In this document: positions 45,417 to 54,859 of the stretch, one piece after another
Layout: each line of letters opens with the position of its first letter
Position numbering within the stretch: position 1 is the stretch's first letter
Assembly: GCA_949948745.1 (NCBI GenBank)
Contig: CATLHA010000001.1
Coordinates: 17,919-81,918, forward strand
Source of the DNA: an uncultured Bacillales bacterium
Lineage (GTDB): Bacteria; Bacillota_I; Bacilli_A; RF39; UBA660
Reading direction: 5' to 3'
Length of the DNA stretch: 64,000 nucleotides
Translations under genes and position numbers: made by a program
Notes under the pieces: generated by a model
The model's database searches: none
Seen by the model: the letters and a program-made list of their open reading frames with translations, nothing else
What the model was told of the DNA's origin: nothing

Positions 45417-47705
45417 TTATTTGATATTATGGGATAATTCTGGTTCGCTCTTTATAATACTATCACTAGATTCTATAATTTTTCCATCCATCAATTCAAT
45501 GAATTCTTCTGATTCCAAGAATTCTCTTTCCATAGAAAATCTATACTTTTCTATTTCTGGAATAACTTCTGATAATGGAACTGTTTTTTGATTGATACAT
45601 TCTGATATTTGGGTTTCTGTTTTGTCAATATCTGTTAATATAAAACCTTTCTCATCGTCAGAAGCAGAACATGTTCCTAGATGATATCTTATCCCGCCAT
45701 CTTCTTCTATCATATAGATAACTGCATTTTGAGATAGATAGTCATAAAACTCTTGTTGATCTTCTATTATTATTCTCTCATCCCCTATATCTTTTATTAA
45801 ATCAATACACTTCAGTAGAGCTTCTGGATTTCTTTCTTCCAATAGTTCCATGGCGATAGGTATATCCTGTTCCTCTTGAACGTTTTCTAGTATCATACGA
45901 ATCATTTCTAAATCTGTATTCTTGTTTTCAATCGCTTCTTCTATTTTCGGTAAAATCGATATAGATAATTTTTGTTTTCTTTCTAATCTTTCTTCTTCTC
46001 TTTGTTTTGATATTTCCCTTTGCTTTAAAACATTTTCTTCATGACGCGTAAACTCTTCTTGTAAAATTTCACAGAAATCTTCTGTTTCTAAAATTTCGTT
46101 TTGTATTTCATAATCATAGAAAGGAAGAATCCCTACTAGTGAAATCATATCAATCTCATCAATTTCCAATAGATTTCCTGTTTCAAAATCTCTTATTTTT
46201 TCCTCTTCCTTGTGGCCAAAATGATACTCTATCCCGTTATCTTTTTTCACTCGATATACTTTTAAATCTGGAAGAAACCCTTGATATTTCTCTGTTTTAT
46301 CTTTTCCAACTATTAGAATAGTTGAAACTTTATTTATAATCTTTTTTGTTTCTGTTCCTTCTTCATTTTGAATTGTTATCCATACCTCATTTAAAGTTTC
46401 ATTTACATCAATTGGACGAATGAATTCATTTTCTGGATCTTGATTTAAAATGATTTCTACATATTGATTTTTATTTCCGATTTTATCTGGAATTACTTCT
46501 ACCATCTTTAACTTTTTAATCACACTTGGCTCTTTTGCAAGTTCTCGTATTAAATTTGATTCATATATAGATTGTTTTAAATCCACATATTCCCTTTGTT
46601 CTTCTATTGTTATTTCTTGGTCATTGTAAATAGAATTATGAAAAGTATCCAATATGTCTATAGCATTATTAAGTGCATTATTCTTTAGCTTTGTTTCTAA
46701 ATAAGAAATGTCATAATGAATAAAGTCATTTAATGTATATGTTCCGTCTAGTAACTTCATCACTTGATAACAAAAGGAACTTGTTTCATGATAGGATGCA
46801 TAGGAACCATCTTCTTTAGAAAAATAATCTTTATAGTCCTCTGTTAATAAATAATCTGTAAGAATCGTAGTAAGAGATTCTGAAAAACTATTTCCATAAT
46901 TTCCAATAGAAAAATCTTTATGTATTATTATTATGTTATTTACATCATTTTCTAATTCAAATTCCCCATAGTTTAGAGTATGTGTTAATTCATGAAAAAC
47001 AACTGTTTTTTCTCTTTCTAAATCCTCATTCCCATTTTTGTCTAAATATTTTTCTTTCACATTGATAATTCCATTTATTGAATCAAAATTCCCATCATAT
47101 TTATCGCTTATATAATCGTTATGAAAGATGAGTCTCTTTAAATTTAGATTAAATACTCGATAATCTGCATCAGGTAATCGTTCCTCCAGACAATCTATAT
47201 ATTCGTTGATATATTCTCTATACTTTGGTTCAATTTGTTGATTTAGAGAAAGGGTAGTTCTTAAGTCTTGGAAAGTGACTGATTTTATTCCAAAGTCATC
47301 TAGTTCTTTGCATGTCTTGATTTTTACTACTTGAATTTCTGGCTCATCTTCGATTTTCACTTTATAATTTGCCATTTCTGTTTGAAGTTTATAACTTTCA
47401 TTTATCTCATGAAGTCCTGCAATACTAGCTAATGTTAGGACTACTCCTACTCCAATCGCTGCAATATATACTTTTCTTTGAAATGTATACTTAGACTCAT
47501 ATAAAATTCCATCAAATGGTTTATTATAAATATTATTTAATTCAATATAATCTTTTAGTAAAGGATAACAATATTTTTCATTCCCGTTTTCTACTTTTAC
47601 TTCGAGAAATGCTTTTCGATGTTCTTGATCAGAAAAAATATCAAATGTTTTATCTAAATATCGAATTCTAATTAATTTTGTATACCATTCTTTTTTACTA
47701 TTCAT
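45417..47705 (-). CDS. large membrane-anchored hypothetical protein with HExxH motif and an internally repeated C-terminal module
   Basis: 762 aa. TM at about residues 80-100 (VYIAAIGVGVVLTLASIAGL) and VVFHELTHTL. Two related modules are present (VYRVKKDNGIEYHFG...ETEDFCEIL and IYMIEEDGGIRYHLG...ESEEFIELM). Confidence 0.55.
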   Translation of the reverse strand: MNSKKEWYTKLIRIRYLDKTFDIFSDQEHRKAFLEVKVENGNEKYCYPLLKDYIELNNIYNKPFDGILYESKYTFQRKVYIAAIGVGVVLTLASIAGLHEINESYKLQTEMANYKVKIEDEPEIQVVKIKTCKELDDFGIKSVTFQDLRTTLSLNQQIEPKYREYINEYIDCLEERLPDADYRVFNLNLKRLIFHNDYISDKYDGNFDSINGIINVKEKYLDKNGNEDLEREKTVVFHELTHTLNYGEFELENDVNNIIIIHKDFSIGNYGNSFSESLTTILTDYLLTEDYKDYFSKEDGSYASYHETSSFCYQVMKLLDGTYTLNDFIHYDISYLETKLKNNALNNAIDILDTFHNSIYNDQEITIEEQREYVDLKQSIYESNLIRELAKEPSVIKKLKMVEVIPDKIGNKNQYVEIILNQDPENEFIRPIDVNETLNEVWITIQNEEGTETKKIINKVSTILIVGKDKTEKYQGFLPDLKVYRVKKDNGIEYHFGHKEEEKIRDFETGNLLEIDEIDMISLVGILPFYDYEIQNEILETEDFCEILQEEFTRHEENVLKQREISKQREEERLERKQKLSISILPKIEEAIENKNTDLEMIRMILENVQEEQDIPIAMELLEERNPEALLKCIDLIKDIGDERIIIEDQQEFYDYLSQNAVIYMIEEDGGIRYHLGTCSASDDEKGFILTDIDKTETQISECINQKTVPLSEVIPEIEKYRFSMEREFLESEEFIELMDGKIIESSDSIIKSEPELSHNIK

Positions 47706-47720
47706 GTTACTGTTTCAATC

Positions 47721-48629
47721 CTACTTCTTATTACTATCTTTTTTTAGAATTTCTTCTGCAATAGTCGCACCATCTGCACAGGCTGTAACGATTTGATAAA
47801 GATTCTTTTTAATACAATCTCCACCTGCATATAGATTGGGAACTTCTGTTTCGAAATTTTGATTTACCTTAATATATCCATCTTGATCTAAAATATTAAG
47901 ATTCTTACAAATAGCAGTTGATGGCTCCTGACCAATAAACTCGAAACATCCATCTACTATTATTTCTTTTCCATCTTCTAAAATTAACTTTTTTAATTTT
48001 TCTTCTTCTTCTACAAATTCTACTACTTGATTTGGAACTTCTAATTCTATGTTTTTTGTTAATTCTATTTGCTCAACTAAGCTATTTTCTGTACGAAACT
48101 CATCTCTTCTATGAATTAATGTTACATTAGAACACATTTTAGATAGATAAAGTGCTTCTTCTAAAGCTGCTCTTCCACCACCAATTACTGCGACCTTTTT
48201 ATTTCTATATAAAGGTCCATCACAAATCGCACACCAACTAATTCCTTTTCCTGAAAGTCTTTGTTCATTTTTGATACCTAGTCTTTTAGGATTTCTACCT
48301 AGTGTTAGAACTATGTTTTCACTTACCACTTCACCATTATTTGTTTTTACGATAAATTTTTCTTCCTTTTTCTCAATACCAGTTACTTCTTCAAAAATAA
48401 ATTCTACGCCAAGAGAAGTTAATTGTTCATACATTTGAAATGCAAGCTCTGGTCCTTCTATCTTTTTGATACCTGGATAATTTTCTATTGTTGCTGTTCT
48501 GGTGATTTGTCCTCCTGGTGCCTCTTTTTCAAAAATAACAACTTCTTTTCCAGCTCTTTTTAAATAAAGTGCAGCTGTCATTCCAGCTACACCTCCACCA
48601 ATTATAATTGTATTTAATCCTTTTTCCAT
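47721..48629 (-). CDS. trxB: thioredoxin-disulfide reductase
   Basis: 302 aa. FAD motif GGGVAGMTAA, redox CAIC, NADPH motif GGGRAALEEA. Confidence 0.92.
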   Translation of the reverse strand: MEKGLNTIIIGGGVAGMTAALYLKRAGKEVVIFEKEAPGGQITRTATIENYPGIKKIEGPELAFQMYEQLTSLGVEFIFEEVTGIEKKEEKFIVKTNNGEVVSENIVLTLGRNPKRLGIKNEQRLSGKGISWCAICDGPLYRNKKVAVIGGGRAALEEALYLSKMCSNVTLIHRRDEFRTENSLVEQIELTKNIELEVPNQVVEFVEEEEKLKKLILEDGKEIIVDGCFEFIGQEPSTAICKNLNILDQDGYIKVNQNFETEVPNLYAGGDCIKKNLYQIVTACADGATIAEEILKKDSNKK

Positions 48630-48641
48630 GTTCTAATCTCC

Positions 48642-49451
48642 TTAGAAATTAATTTCCTTTTCTTTTTCTTTATATAGATTATCAAATCTTGTACCCTTTT
48701 TACAAAATATTAAAAGTAAAAATCCTATAATAATTCCTGCGATTGATACTAATTGTGCCATTTTAATAGGTCCAAGCATTAAACTATCCATTCTCATTCC
48801 CTCAATTAAAAATCTTCCAATGGAATACCAAATTAAATAGCATCCCGTTAGTTGTCCCGTCTTTAAGTATTTATAATTTCTAATAATTACCAATGCGATA
48901 AATCCTGCAATGCACCAAATAGATTCATATAGGAAAGCAGGATGTCTATATGCCCCTTGGATATACATTCCATTAATAACAAAATCTGGTACTCCTAATC
49001 CTTGAAGCCTTTCTAATGAAGTAATTGCACCATAAGCTTCTTGATTAAAGAAATTTCCCCAGCGACCAATTGCTTGTCCAATAATTAATCCAACTACTGT
49101 AATGTCAAATACTTTTAAGAGTTTGGCATTATACTTTTTACAATATAAAGTCATACATAAGAGTCCACCAATAATTCCTCCATGGATTGCAAGTCCACCA
49201 TTCCATATTTCTAGTATTTCAAAAGGATATAATCTATAATAATCTAGATTAAAAAGAACATAATAAACTCTCGCACCAATTAATCCGCAGATGACTGTAT
49301 AAAAAATTAAATTTATAATAAAGTTTTCGTTTATATTTTGCTTTTTACATTCTAATAAGATAAGACAAGATGCTATGAATACCCCAAGAAATATAAATAT
49401 GGAATACCAATATATTTGTATAAAACCTAAATCTAACGCTATTCTACCCAT
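48642..49451 (-). CDS. lgt: prolipoprotein diacylglyceryl transferase
   Basis: 269-aa polytopic protein, GGLAIHGGIIGG, GRWGNFFNQEAYG. Confidence 0.92.
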   Translation of the reverse strand: MGRIALDLGFIQIYWYSIFIFLGVFIASCLILLECKKQNINENFIINLIFYTVICGLIGARVYYVLFNLDYYRLYPFEILEIWNGGLAIHGGIIGGLLCMTLYCKKYNAKLLKVFDITVVGLIIGQAIGRWGNFFNQEAYGAITSLERLQGLGVPDFVINGMYIQGAYRHPAFLYESIWCIAGFIALVIIRNYKYLKTGQLTGCYLIWYSIGRFLIEGMRMDSLMLGPIKMAQLVSIAGIIIGFLLLIFCKKGTRFDNLYKEKEKEINF

Positions 49452-49854
49452 TTTTCTTTATTCTCCTCATTATTGGTTCTGTAATAATACATTCAACAAA
49501 CTTATTCATAATCGATATTAAAATTGCTAGTAAGAATGCAATAAAGATATTGGTAATTTGAAAATGACTTCCCAAGATCCAGTCTGTTAATTTTAGTATA
49601 AATAGATTAATACAAGGATAAAAGATTCCTATTGTAATACCTGTAATTGGTATTGTTAAAAAGAATAGAATTGGTTTAATTGTTTTATTTAATACGAAAA
49701 TTATTAGTGTTGCTAGTAATCCATATAAATACAGGTGTTCATCATCAATACAAAATGTATCAAAATATGTAGCCACAAAGACAAGGATTAATGCATAACC
49801 TAATATTTGTAATGCCCACTCAATTAAATTTTCTAATCTTTTTTTTGTAATCAA
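49444..49854 (-). CDS. YvlD-like small membrane protein (phage-holin-4_2 superfamily)
   Basis: 136 aa with 4 hydrophobic helices and NKTIKPILFFLTIPITGITIG, typical of this family. Overlaps the lgt start. Confidence 0.55.
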   Translation of the reverse strand: MITKKRLENLIEWALQILGYALILVFVATYFDTFCIDDEHLYLYGLLATLIIFVLNKTIKPILFFLTIPITGITIGIFYPCINLFILKLTDWILGSHFQITNIFIAFLLAILISIMNKFVECIITEPIMRRIKKNG

Positions 49855-49868
49855 TTTTAGTCTCTCCT

Positions 49869-52682
49869 CTAAGAATTTAATATTTTATGAAGGAACTCTC
49901 CTGTTGCCGATTCTTTTACTTTAGCAATTTCTTCTGGTGTACCTGTTGCAATAATTTGCCCACCATTGTCTCCACCTTCTGGTCCTAAATCGATAATATA
50001 GTCCGCACATTTTATAACATCTAAGTTATGTTCAATGATTACTACGGTATCTTTATTATCTACTATCTTCTTAAATATTGCAAGTAGTCTTTTGATATCT
50101 GCTGAATGAAGACCTGTTGTTGGCTCGTCAAGTATGTAAAGAGTCTTTCCAGTAGGTCTTTTTTGTAGTTCCTTTGCTAGTTTTACTCTTCCTGCTTCTC
50201 CTCCAGATAAAGTTGTTGCACTTTGTCCTAATTTAATATAACCTATTCCAACATCTTCCAAAACTTGCAATTTATTTTTAATTTTTGGAACATTTTCAAA
50301 AAACTTTAATGCTTCTGATACCCTCATATCTAAAACATCTGCAATATTCTTGTCCTTATATTTTATTTTTAAAGTTTCACTATTATATCTTGTTCCATGA
50401 CATACTTCGCATGGAATGTATACATCTGGAAGAAAATGCATCTCAATTTTCTTAACTCCGTCTCCTCTACAGGCTTCACATCTTCCACCCTTTACATTAA
50501 ATGAAAATCTATTTTTTTCAAATCCATACATTTTTGCTTCTTTTGTATTTGTAAATAAATCACGAATCTCATCAAAGACGCCTGTATAGGTTGCTGGATT
50601 ACTTCTTGGAGTTCTTCCAATTGGATTTTGTGTAATTTCTACAACTTTATCAATATTTTCTAGTCCAAGAATTTTTTTGTGTTTTCCTGGTTTTTCTTTA
50701 CTTTTATAAACCTTATTGTATGCCGCTCTACATAATGTTTGATTAATTAATGTACTTTTTCCGCTTCCTGAAACTCCAGTAATACAAGTTAGTGTTCCTA
50801 GAGGAATCTTCACATCTATGTTTTTTAAATTATTTTCAGAAGCTCCTTTTATTTCAATATATTTTTTATTTCCTTTATTACGTTTCTTTGGAATTTCAAT
50901 TTTCTCTTTTCCTGATAAGTATCTTCCTGTAACACTATTTTCGTTTTGCATTACTTCTTCAGGAGTACCTGCTGCGACAATGTATCCACCTTCAGAACCT
51001 GCTTTCGGACCAACATCTACTAAATAGTCACTAGCTAGCATCGTATCTGTATCATGCTCTACAACAATTAAAGTATTTCCTAAATCCCTCATTTCTAGTA
51101 ATGATTTTATTAATTTCTCATTATCTCGTTGATGAAGACCAATACTAGGTTCATCTAACACATATAAAACACCTGTTAACTTGGAACCAATTTGAGTAGC
51201 TAATCGAATTCTTTGTGCTTCCCCTCCAGATAGAGTACCAGCAGAACGACTTAGTGTTAAATATTCTAGTCCAACGTTTTTTAAGAAGGAAAGTCTAGAT
51301 TCAATTTCTTTAATCAAGAGATTAGATATTTCTTTTTGTGATTCAGTTAATTTCAGATTGTTAAAAAAGTCAATTAGTTGTTTAATACTTAGACAAGTCA
51401 CTTCATGAATATTTTTCTTTCCTACTAGAACAGATAGAACACTATCTTGTAGTCTGCTACCATGACATGTTTCACACTCTGTTTCTATCATATAATTTTC
51501 TAGCCATTCACGAATCCATTCACTATTTGTTTCCATATATCTACGTTCTAAATTATTAATAATTCCTTCATAGTAATCTTTTTGATTATATTGATTTCCA
51601 CTCTTAGATTGATAATTAAAGTGAATCAACTCATCACTTCCATATAGAATGTAGGATTGTTGTTGTTTTGTAAGTTTAGAAAAACTCTTATTCATATCAA
51701 TTTTATAGTGTTTGCATAAACATTCTAATCGTTTAAAATCTAATGCCTCTGGATCATCAGTTAATGTTTTAATTGCCCCACCATTTAAACTTTTACTTGA
51801 ATCAGGTACTACTAATTCTGGATCTATTTTTAATTTAATTCCTAAACCTTTGCAATCTGGACAAGCTCCAAATGGCGCGTTAAAACTAAACATTCTAGGT
51901 TCTAACTCTGGAAGAGAAAAATCACAATATGGACATGCAAAATTTTCTGAGAATACTACTTCCTTATCTCCCATAAAATCAACAATTACTTTTCCATGAG
52001 ATAACTTTGTTGCAACCTCTAAGGATTCCATTAATCTTCCACGACTGTCTTCTTTTAATACAATTCTATCGATAATGACATCAATATCATCCTTTTTGTT
52101 CTTTTCTAAATTTATTTCTTCACTAAGATCATACGTTTCTCCATTTACACGTACTCGAACAAATCCTTCTTTTCTTAAATCATCCAAAAGCTCCTTATGT
52201 GTTCCTTTTTCCCCATGAACAACTGGTGCCATAATAATGATTTTAGTGCCAACTTCTCTTTCCATAATCTTGTTTGCCATTTCTTCTACACTTTGAGAAG
52301 TAATCGGTACATGATGTATAGGACAGTATGGAGTTCCGATTCTTGCGAATAGTAGACGTAAATAATCATAAATCTCCGTTACTGTTCCTACTGTTGAACG
52401 TGGATTTTTACTTGTTGTTTTTTGATCGATACTAATTGATGGGGAAAGCCCCTCTATAGAATCTACATCTGGTTTTTCAGTTCCTCCTAAAAATTGCCTT
52501 GCATAAGCAGACAAACTTTCTACATAACGACGTTGTCCTTCTGCATAGATAGTATCAAAAGCTAACGAACTTTTTCCGCTTCCTGATACTCCTGTCATTA
52601 CGATTAATTTATTTTTTGGAAGAGTTAAATCTACATTTTTTAAATTGTTCTCTCTTGCCCCTTTAATAATAATTTTATCCAT
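49869..52682 (-). CDS. uvrA: excinuclease ABC subunit A
   Basis: Start set to the ATG at 52682 (MDKIIIKGARENNLKN) behind AGGTGA. Two ABC modules (GVSGSGKSSL, GVSGSGKSTL) and CxxC zinc modules. Confidence 0.95.
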   Translation of the reverse strand: MDKIIIKGARENNLKNVDLTLPKNKLIVMTGVSGSGKSSLAFDTIYAEGQRRYVESLSAYARQFLGGTEKPDVDSIEGLSPSISIDQKTTSKNPRSTVGTVTEIYDYLRLLFARIGTPYCPIHHVPITSQSVEEMANKIMEREVGTKIIIMAPVVHGEKGTHKELLDDLRKEGFVRVRVNGETYDLSEEINLEKNKKDDIDVIIDRIVLKEDSRGRLMESLEVATKLSHGKVIVDFMGDKEVVFSENFACPYCDFSLPELEPRMFSFNAPFGACPDCKGLGIKLKIDPELVVPDSSKSLNGGAIKTLTDDPEALDFKRLECLCKHYKIDMNKSFSKLTKQQQSYILYGSDELIHFNYQSKSGNQYNQKDYYEGIINNLERRYMETNSEWIREWLENYMIETECETCHGSRLQDSVLSVLVGKKNIHEVTCLSIKQLIDFFNNLKLTESQKEISNLLIKEIESRLSFLKNVGLEYLTLSRSAGTLSGGEAQRIRLATQIGSKLTGVLYVLDEPSIGLHQRDNEKLIKSLLEMRDLGNTLIVVEHDTDTMLASDYLVDVGPKAGSEGGYIVAAGTPEEVMQNENSVTGRYLSGKEKIEIPKKRNKGNKKYIEIKGASENNLKNIDVKIPLGTLTCITGVSGSGKSTLINQTLCRAAYNKVYKSKEKPGKHKKILGLENIDKVVEITQNPIGRTPRSNPATYTGVFDEIRDLFTNTKEAKMYGFEKNRFSFNVKGGRCEACRGDGVKKIEMHFLPDVYIPCEVCHGTRYNSETLKIKYKDKNIADVLDMRVSEALKFFENVPKIKNKLQVLEDVGIGYIKLGQSATTLSGGEAGRVKLAKELQKRPTGKTLYILDEPTTGLHSADIKRLLAIFKKIVDNKDTVVIIEHNLDVIKCADYIIDLGPEGGDNGGQIIATGTPEEIAKVKESATGEFLHKILNS

Positions 52683-52797
52683 TGATATCACCTGTTTTCC
52701 TATTATATCACAAATTCTAATTTTCTGTTTTCTTTTCTCTATTTGAAATATATCATACAAACATAAGTTCGTCAAATACTTTTTTCCAATTAAAAAA

Positions 52798-52832
52798 CAT
52801 TTTATCTGATATCTTTCTTATCAAATAAAATG
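52798..52832 (-). terminator. intrinsic terminator after the 214-aa ORF
   Basis: CATTTTATCTGATA, 7-nt loop, TATCAAATAAAATG (one mismatch), followed by a U-run on the minus strand. Confidence 0.55.
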
Positions 52833-52840
52833 CTTTATTT

Positions 52841-53485
52841 TTAAGATAATACTTTTTGATAATTAGCAGATGCTTGCGATTTCCTTTGATTTTGGAATTC
52901 CTGTTCTACTAATTCTATAATAGCTTTTTGATTTTTGCTTATATCACTGCAAACTTCTTTTAATAGATTTGCACTGCTTTCTTTACCCAAAGATTCTAAT
53001 AAAATGTTCTCTATTTCTTTTTTATACATTCCAATTTCTTCTTCTACTGATTTCCCAGTTACATCGATTTCTTTTGTTCCTATAGTTAATCGGCATTTTT
53101 GAATATTTTCTCCTTCTTTTAAAGGTTCCATTTCGTCTAACAATCCACCACTTTGTGTATCTAAACCTGCTTTTTCTTGTAAATTTTTTAGTTTTGTAAT
53201 TTGAGCTTCCCAATCAACAGAAGTATTATGTCCACCAGATACTTCTCCACTTACATTATTGCTTATAAAGTCCTCTAATACTAATCTAGTTAAATGAGAT
53301 GCTGTTGTTTGGTATGCCAGTAGATTGTACTCTGGCATTTTACCTGATTGTTCCATCGCAGCAAAATCAATTTTAGCTTCTGTTCTATAAGGATTTACGA
53401 AGTCTAAAAACTCTCTTCGATCTAAATTATCTAACCATATTCTTTTTGCATATTCTCCTTCTAATATTTGACTAGTTTGGCTCAT
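52841..53485 (-). CDS. hypothetical protein
   Basis: 214-aa ORF behind a GGAGGGG RBS. No motif recognised. Confidence 0.5.
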   Translation of the reverse strand: MSQTSQILEGEYAKRIWLDNLDRREFLDFVNPYRTEAKIDFAAMEQSGKMPEYNLLAYQTTASHLTRLVLEDFISNNVSGEVSGGHNTSVDWEAQITKLKNLQEKAGLDTQSGGLLDEMEPLKEGENIQKCRLTIGTKEIDVTGKSVEEEIGMYKKEIENILLESLGKESSANLLKEVCSDISKNQKAIIELVEQEFQNQRKSQASANYQKVLS

Positions 53486-53584
53486 AGTACCCCTCCTATT
53501 AATTTAATCTTACTGTTTTTTCGTTTTTGATGCAATAAAATTAAAAAAAAGAATTGTCAACATTGTAAAGAAAAAAGCTACTTA

Positions 53585-53923
53585 TTAAGCAGCTTTCTTA
53601 AGTACCTTTTCACGAGGTTCTATATCTAATACTTTGGCTTCTTCTAATCCAGTTCTTTCTAGTACTTCCTCTATCTTTCCAAGACTAATAAACCAACCAA
53701 TTTCTTTATCTTTCATGTAAGAAGCAATTGGTATTACTTTATTTACATTATGATATTCATATGGTTTAATTGGTTCCATTCTATTTTGTGATTTTTTTTC
53801 TAAAACTACAATTTTAGGAACTATTTGGCTTTCACTTATACTAGCATTTGGATTTATAGTATCTGCAAGTCCTAAGAAGATTTTTTCTGTATCAAAATAA
53901 TTTCCAATTCTCAAGTTTGACAT
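53585..53923 (-). CDS. hypothetical protein
   Basis: 112-aa ORF. No motif recognised. The stop is embedded in a terminator-like hairpin. Confidence 0.45.
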   Translation of the reverse strand: MSNLRIGNYFDTEKIFLGLADTINPNASISESQIVPKIVVLEKKSQNRMEPIKPYEYHNVNKVIPIASYMKDKEIGWFISLGKIEEVLERTGLEEAKVLDIEPREKVLKKAA

Positions 53924-54003
53924 AAAATCAATCCCCCATTCCTAAATTTATTGAGGTTTATTATACAATAAAAGTTCATTTTTGTAAAGCTTTTTCTATC
54001 TTC

Positions 54004-54849
54004 TTATCGATTAAATTTTTCTTTAAAATTACAATGTTTACATAACTCTTCGCTTACTTTACGAGATTTAAATCCTTCTATCATATTTTTAGTTCTATCA
54101 TTAGACATAATTTCTTCCATAGTACTTTCATATATATTTCCTAAATTGATGAATCCTTCTCCATCTAGACAACAAGGAATTACTGTTCCATCTACTAATA
54201 TCGCGATTTGGTCTTTTAAAGCATGACAATAACCATAAGGTTCATAATATTCATTTTCTAAGTCAGGCCAAAGGAATTCATTGTCTTTATTCACATAAAT
54301 ATTTTCTTTTATTTTAATATTAGAATTTGTATATAATTTTTCCACAGTTTCTGGGGATAAATGATAGTATGAATTAATTTTTTTCACAGTTTCTGTGGAT
54401 TTTTCATTGAGTATTCCTTTATGAAGTGTCCAAAATCGATATACAATATTCATTTTTTTTAATAATTTATCTACTGATGAGAATATTTCTTCTAAATAAT
54501 CCTCCTTATTATTCTCACTGTGTAAAGATAAATTCATTTGTCTAATACAAGAGCTTTCTAAAAGTATAGACTCTTTTTCTTTTAGTAGTGTTGCATTTGT
54601 TGTAATGGTTACTTTTTTTTGATATTTGGATGCAATATTTAAAATTTCTTTTAAATTTTGGTGAATTAACGGCTCTCCTTTTACGTGTAAATAAATGTAG
54701 TCTGTATAATCATCAATCTTTTTTAAAATTTCCTCAAATTCTTCTGGACTCATCGATTTTCTTATTCTTTTAGTTTGTTTACAAAAGGAACAAGATAAAT
54801 TACAGATATTGGTGATTTCTATGTACACTCTTTTCCATCTTTTTTTCAT
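54004..54849 (-). CDS. radical SAM protein with Cys-rich (SPASM/twitch-like) C-terminus
   Basis: 281 aa. CNLSCSFC (CxxxCxxC) at residues 16-23 and GEPLIH. C-terminal cysteines are C...CC...CKHC. It starts 10 nt after the uvrB stop. Confidence 0.75.
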   Translation of the reverse strand: MKKRWKRVYIEITNICNLSCSFCKQTKRIRKSMSPEEFEEILKKIDDYTDYIYLHVKGEPLIHQNLKEILNIASKYQKKVTITTNATLLKEKESILLESSCIRQMNLSLHSENNKEDYLEEIFSSVDKLLKKMNIVYRFWTLHKGILNEKSTETVKKINSYYHLSPETVEKLYTNSNIKIKENIYVNKDNEFLWPDLENEYYEPYGYCHALKDQIAILVDGTVIPCCLDGEGFINLGNIYESTMEEIMSNDRTKNMIEGFKSRKVSEELCKHCNFKEKFNR

Positions 54850-54859
54850 TTTTACTCCA

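Noticed and set aside
53022-53213. 63-aa same-strand ORF inside the 214-aa hypothetical gene.
   Set aside because: It is an alternative frame with an Arg/Lys/Asn-rich, low-complexity translation and no SD.
54004-54849. The radical SAM gene next to uvrB, considered as spore photoproduct lyase (SplB).
   Set aside because: The CxxxCxxC cluster lies at residues 16-23 rather than around residue 90. The protein is shorter than SplB and has a Cys-rich SPASM/twitch-like tail that SplB lacks.
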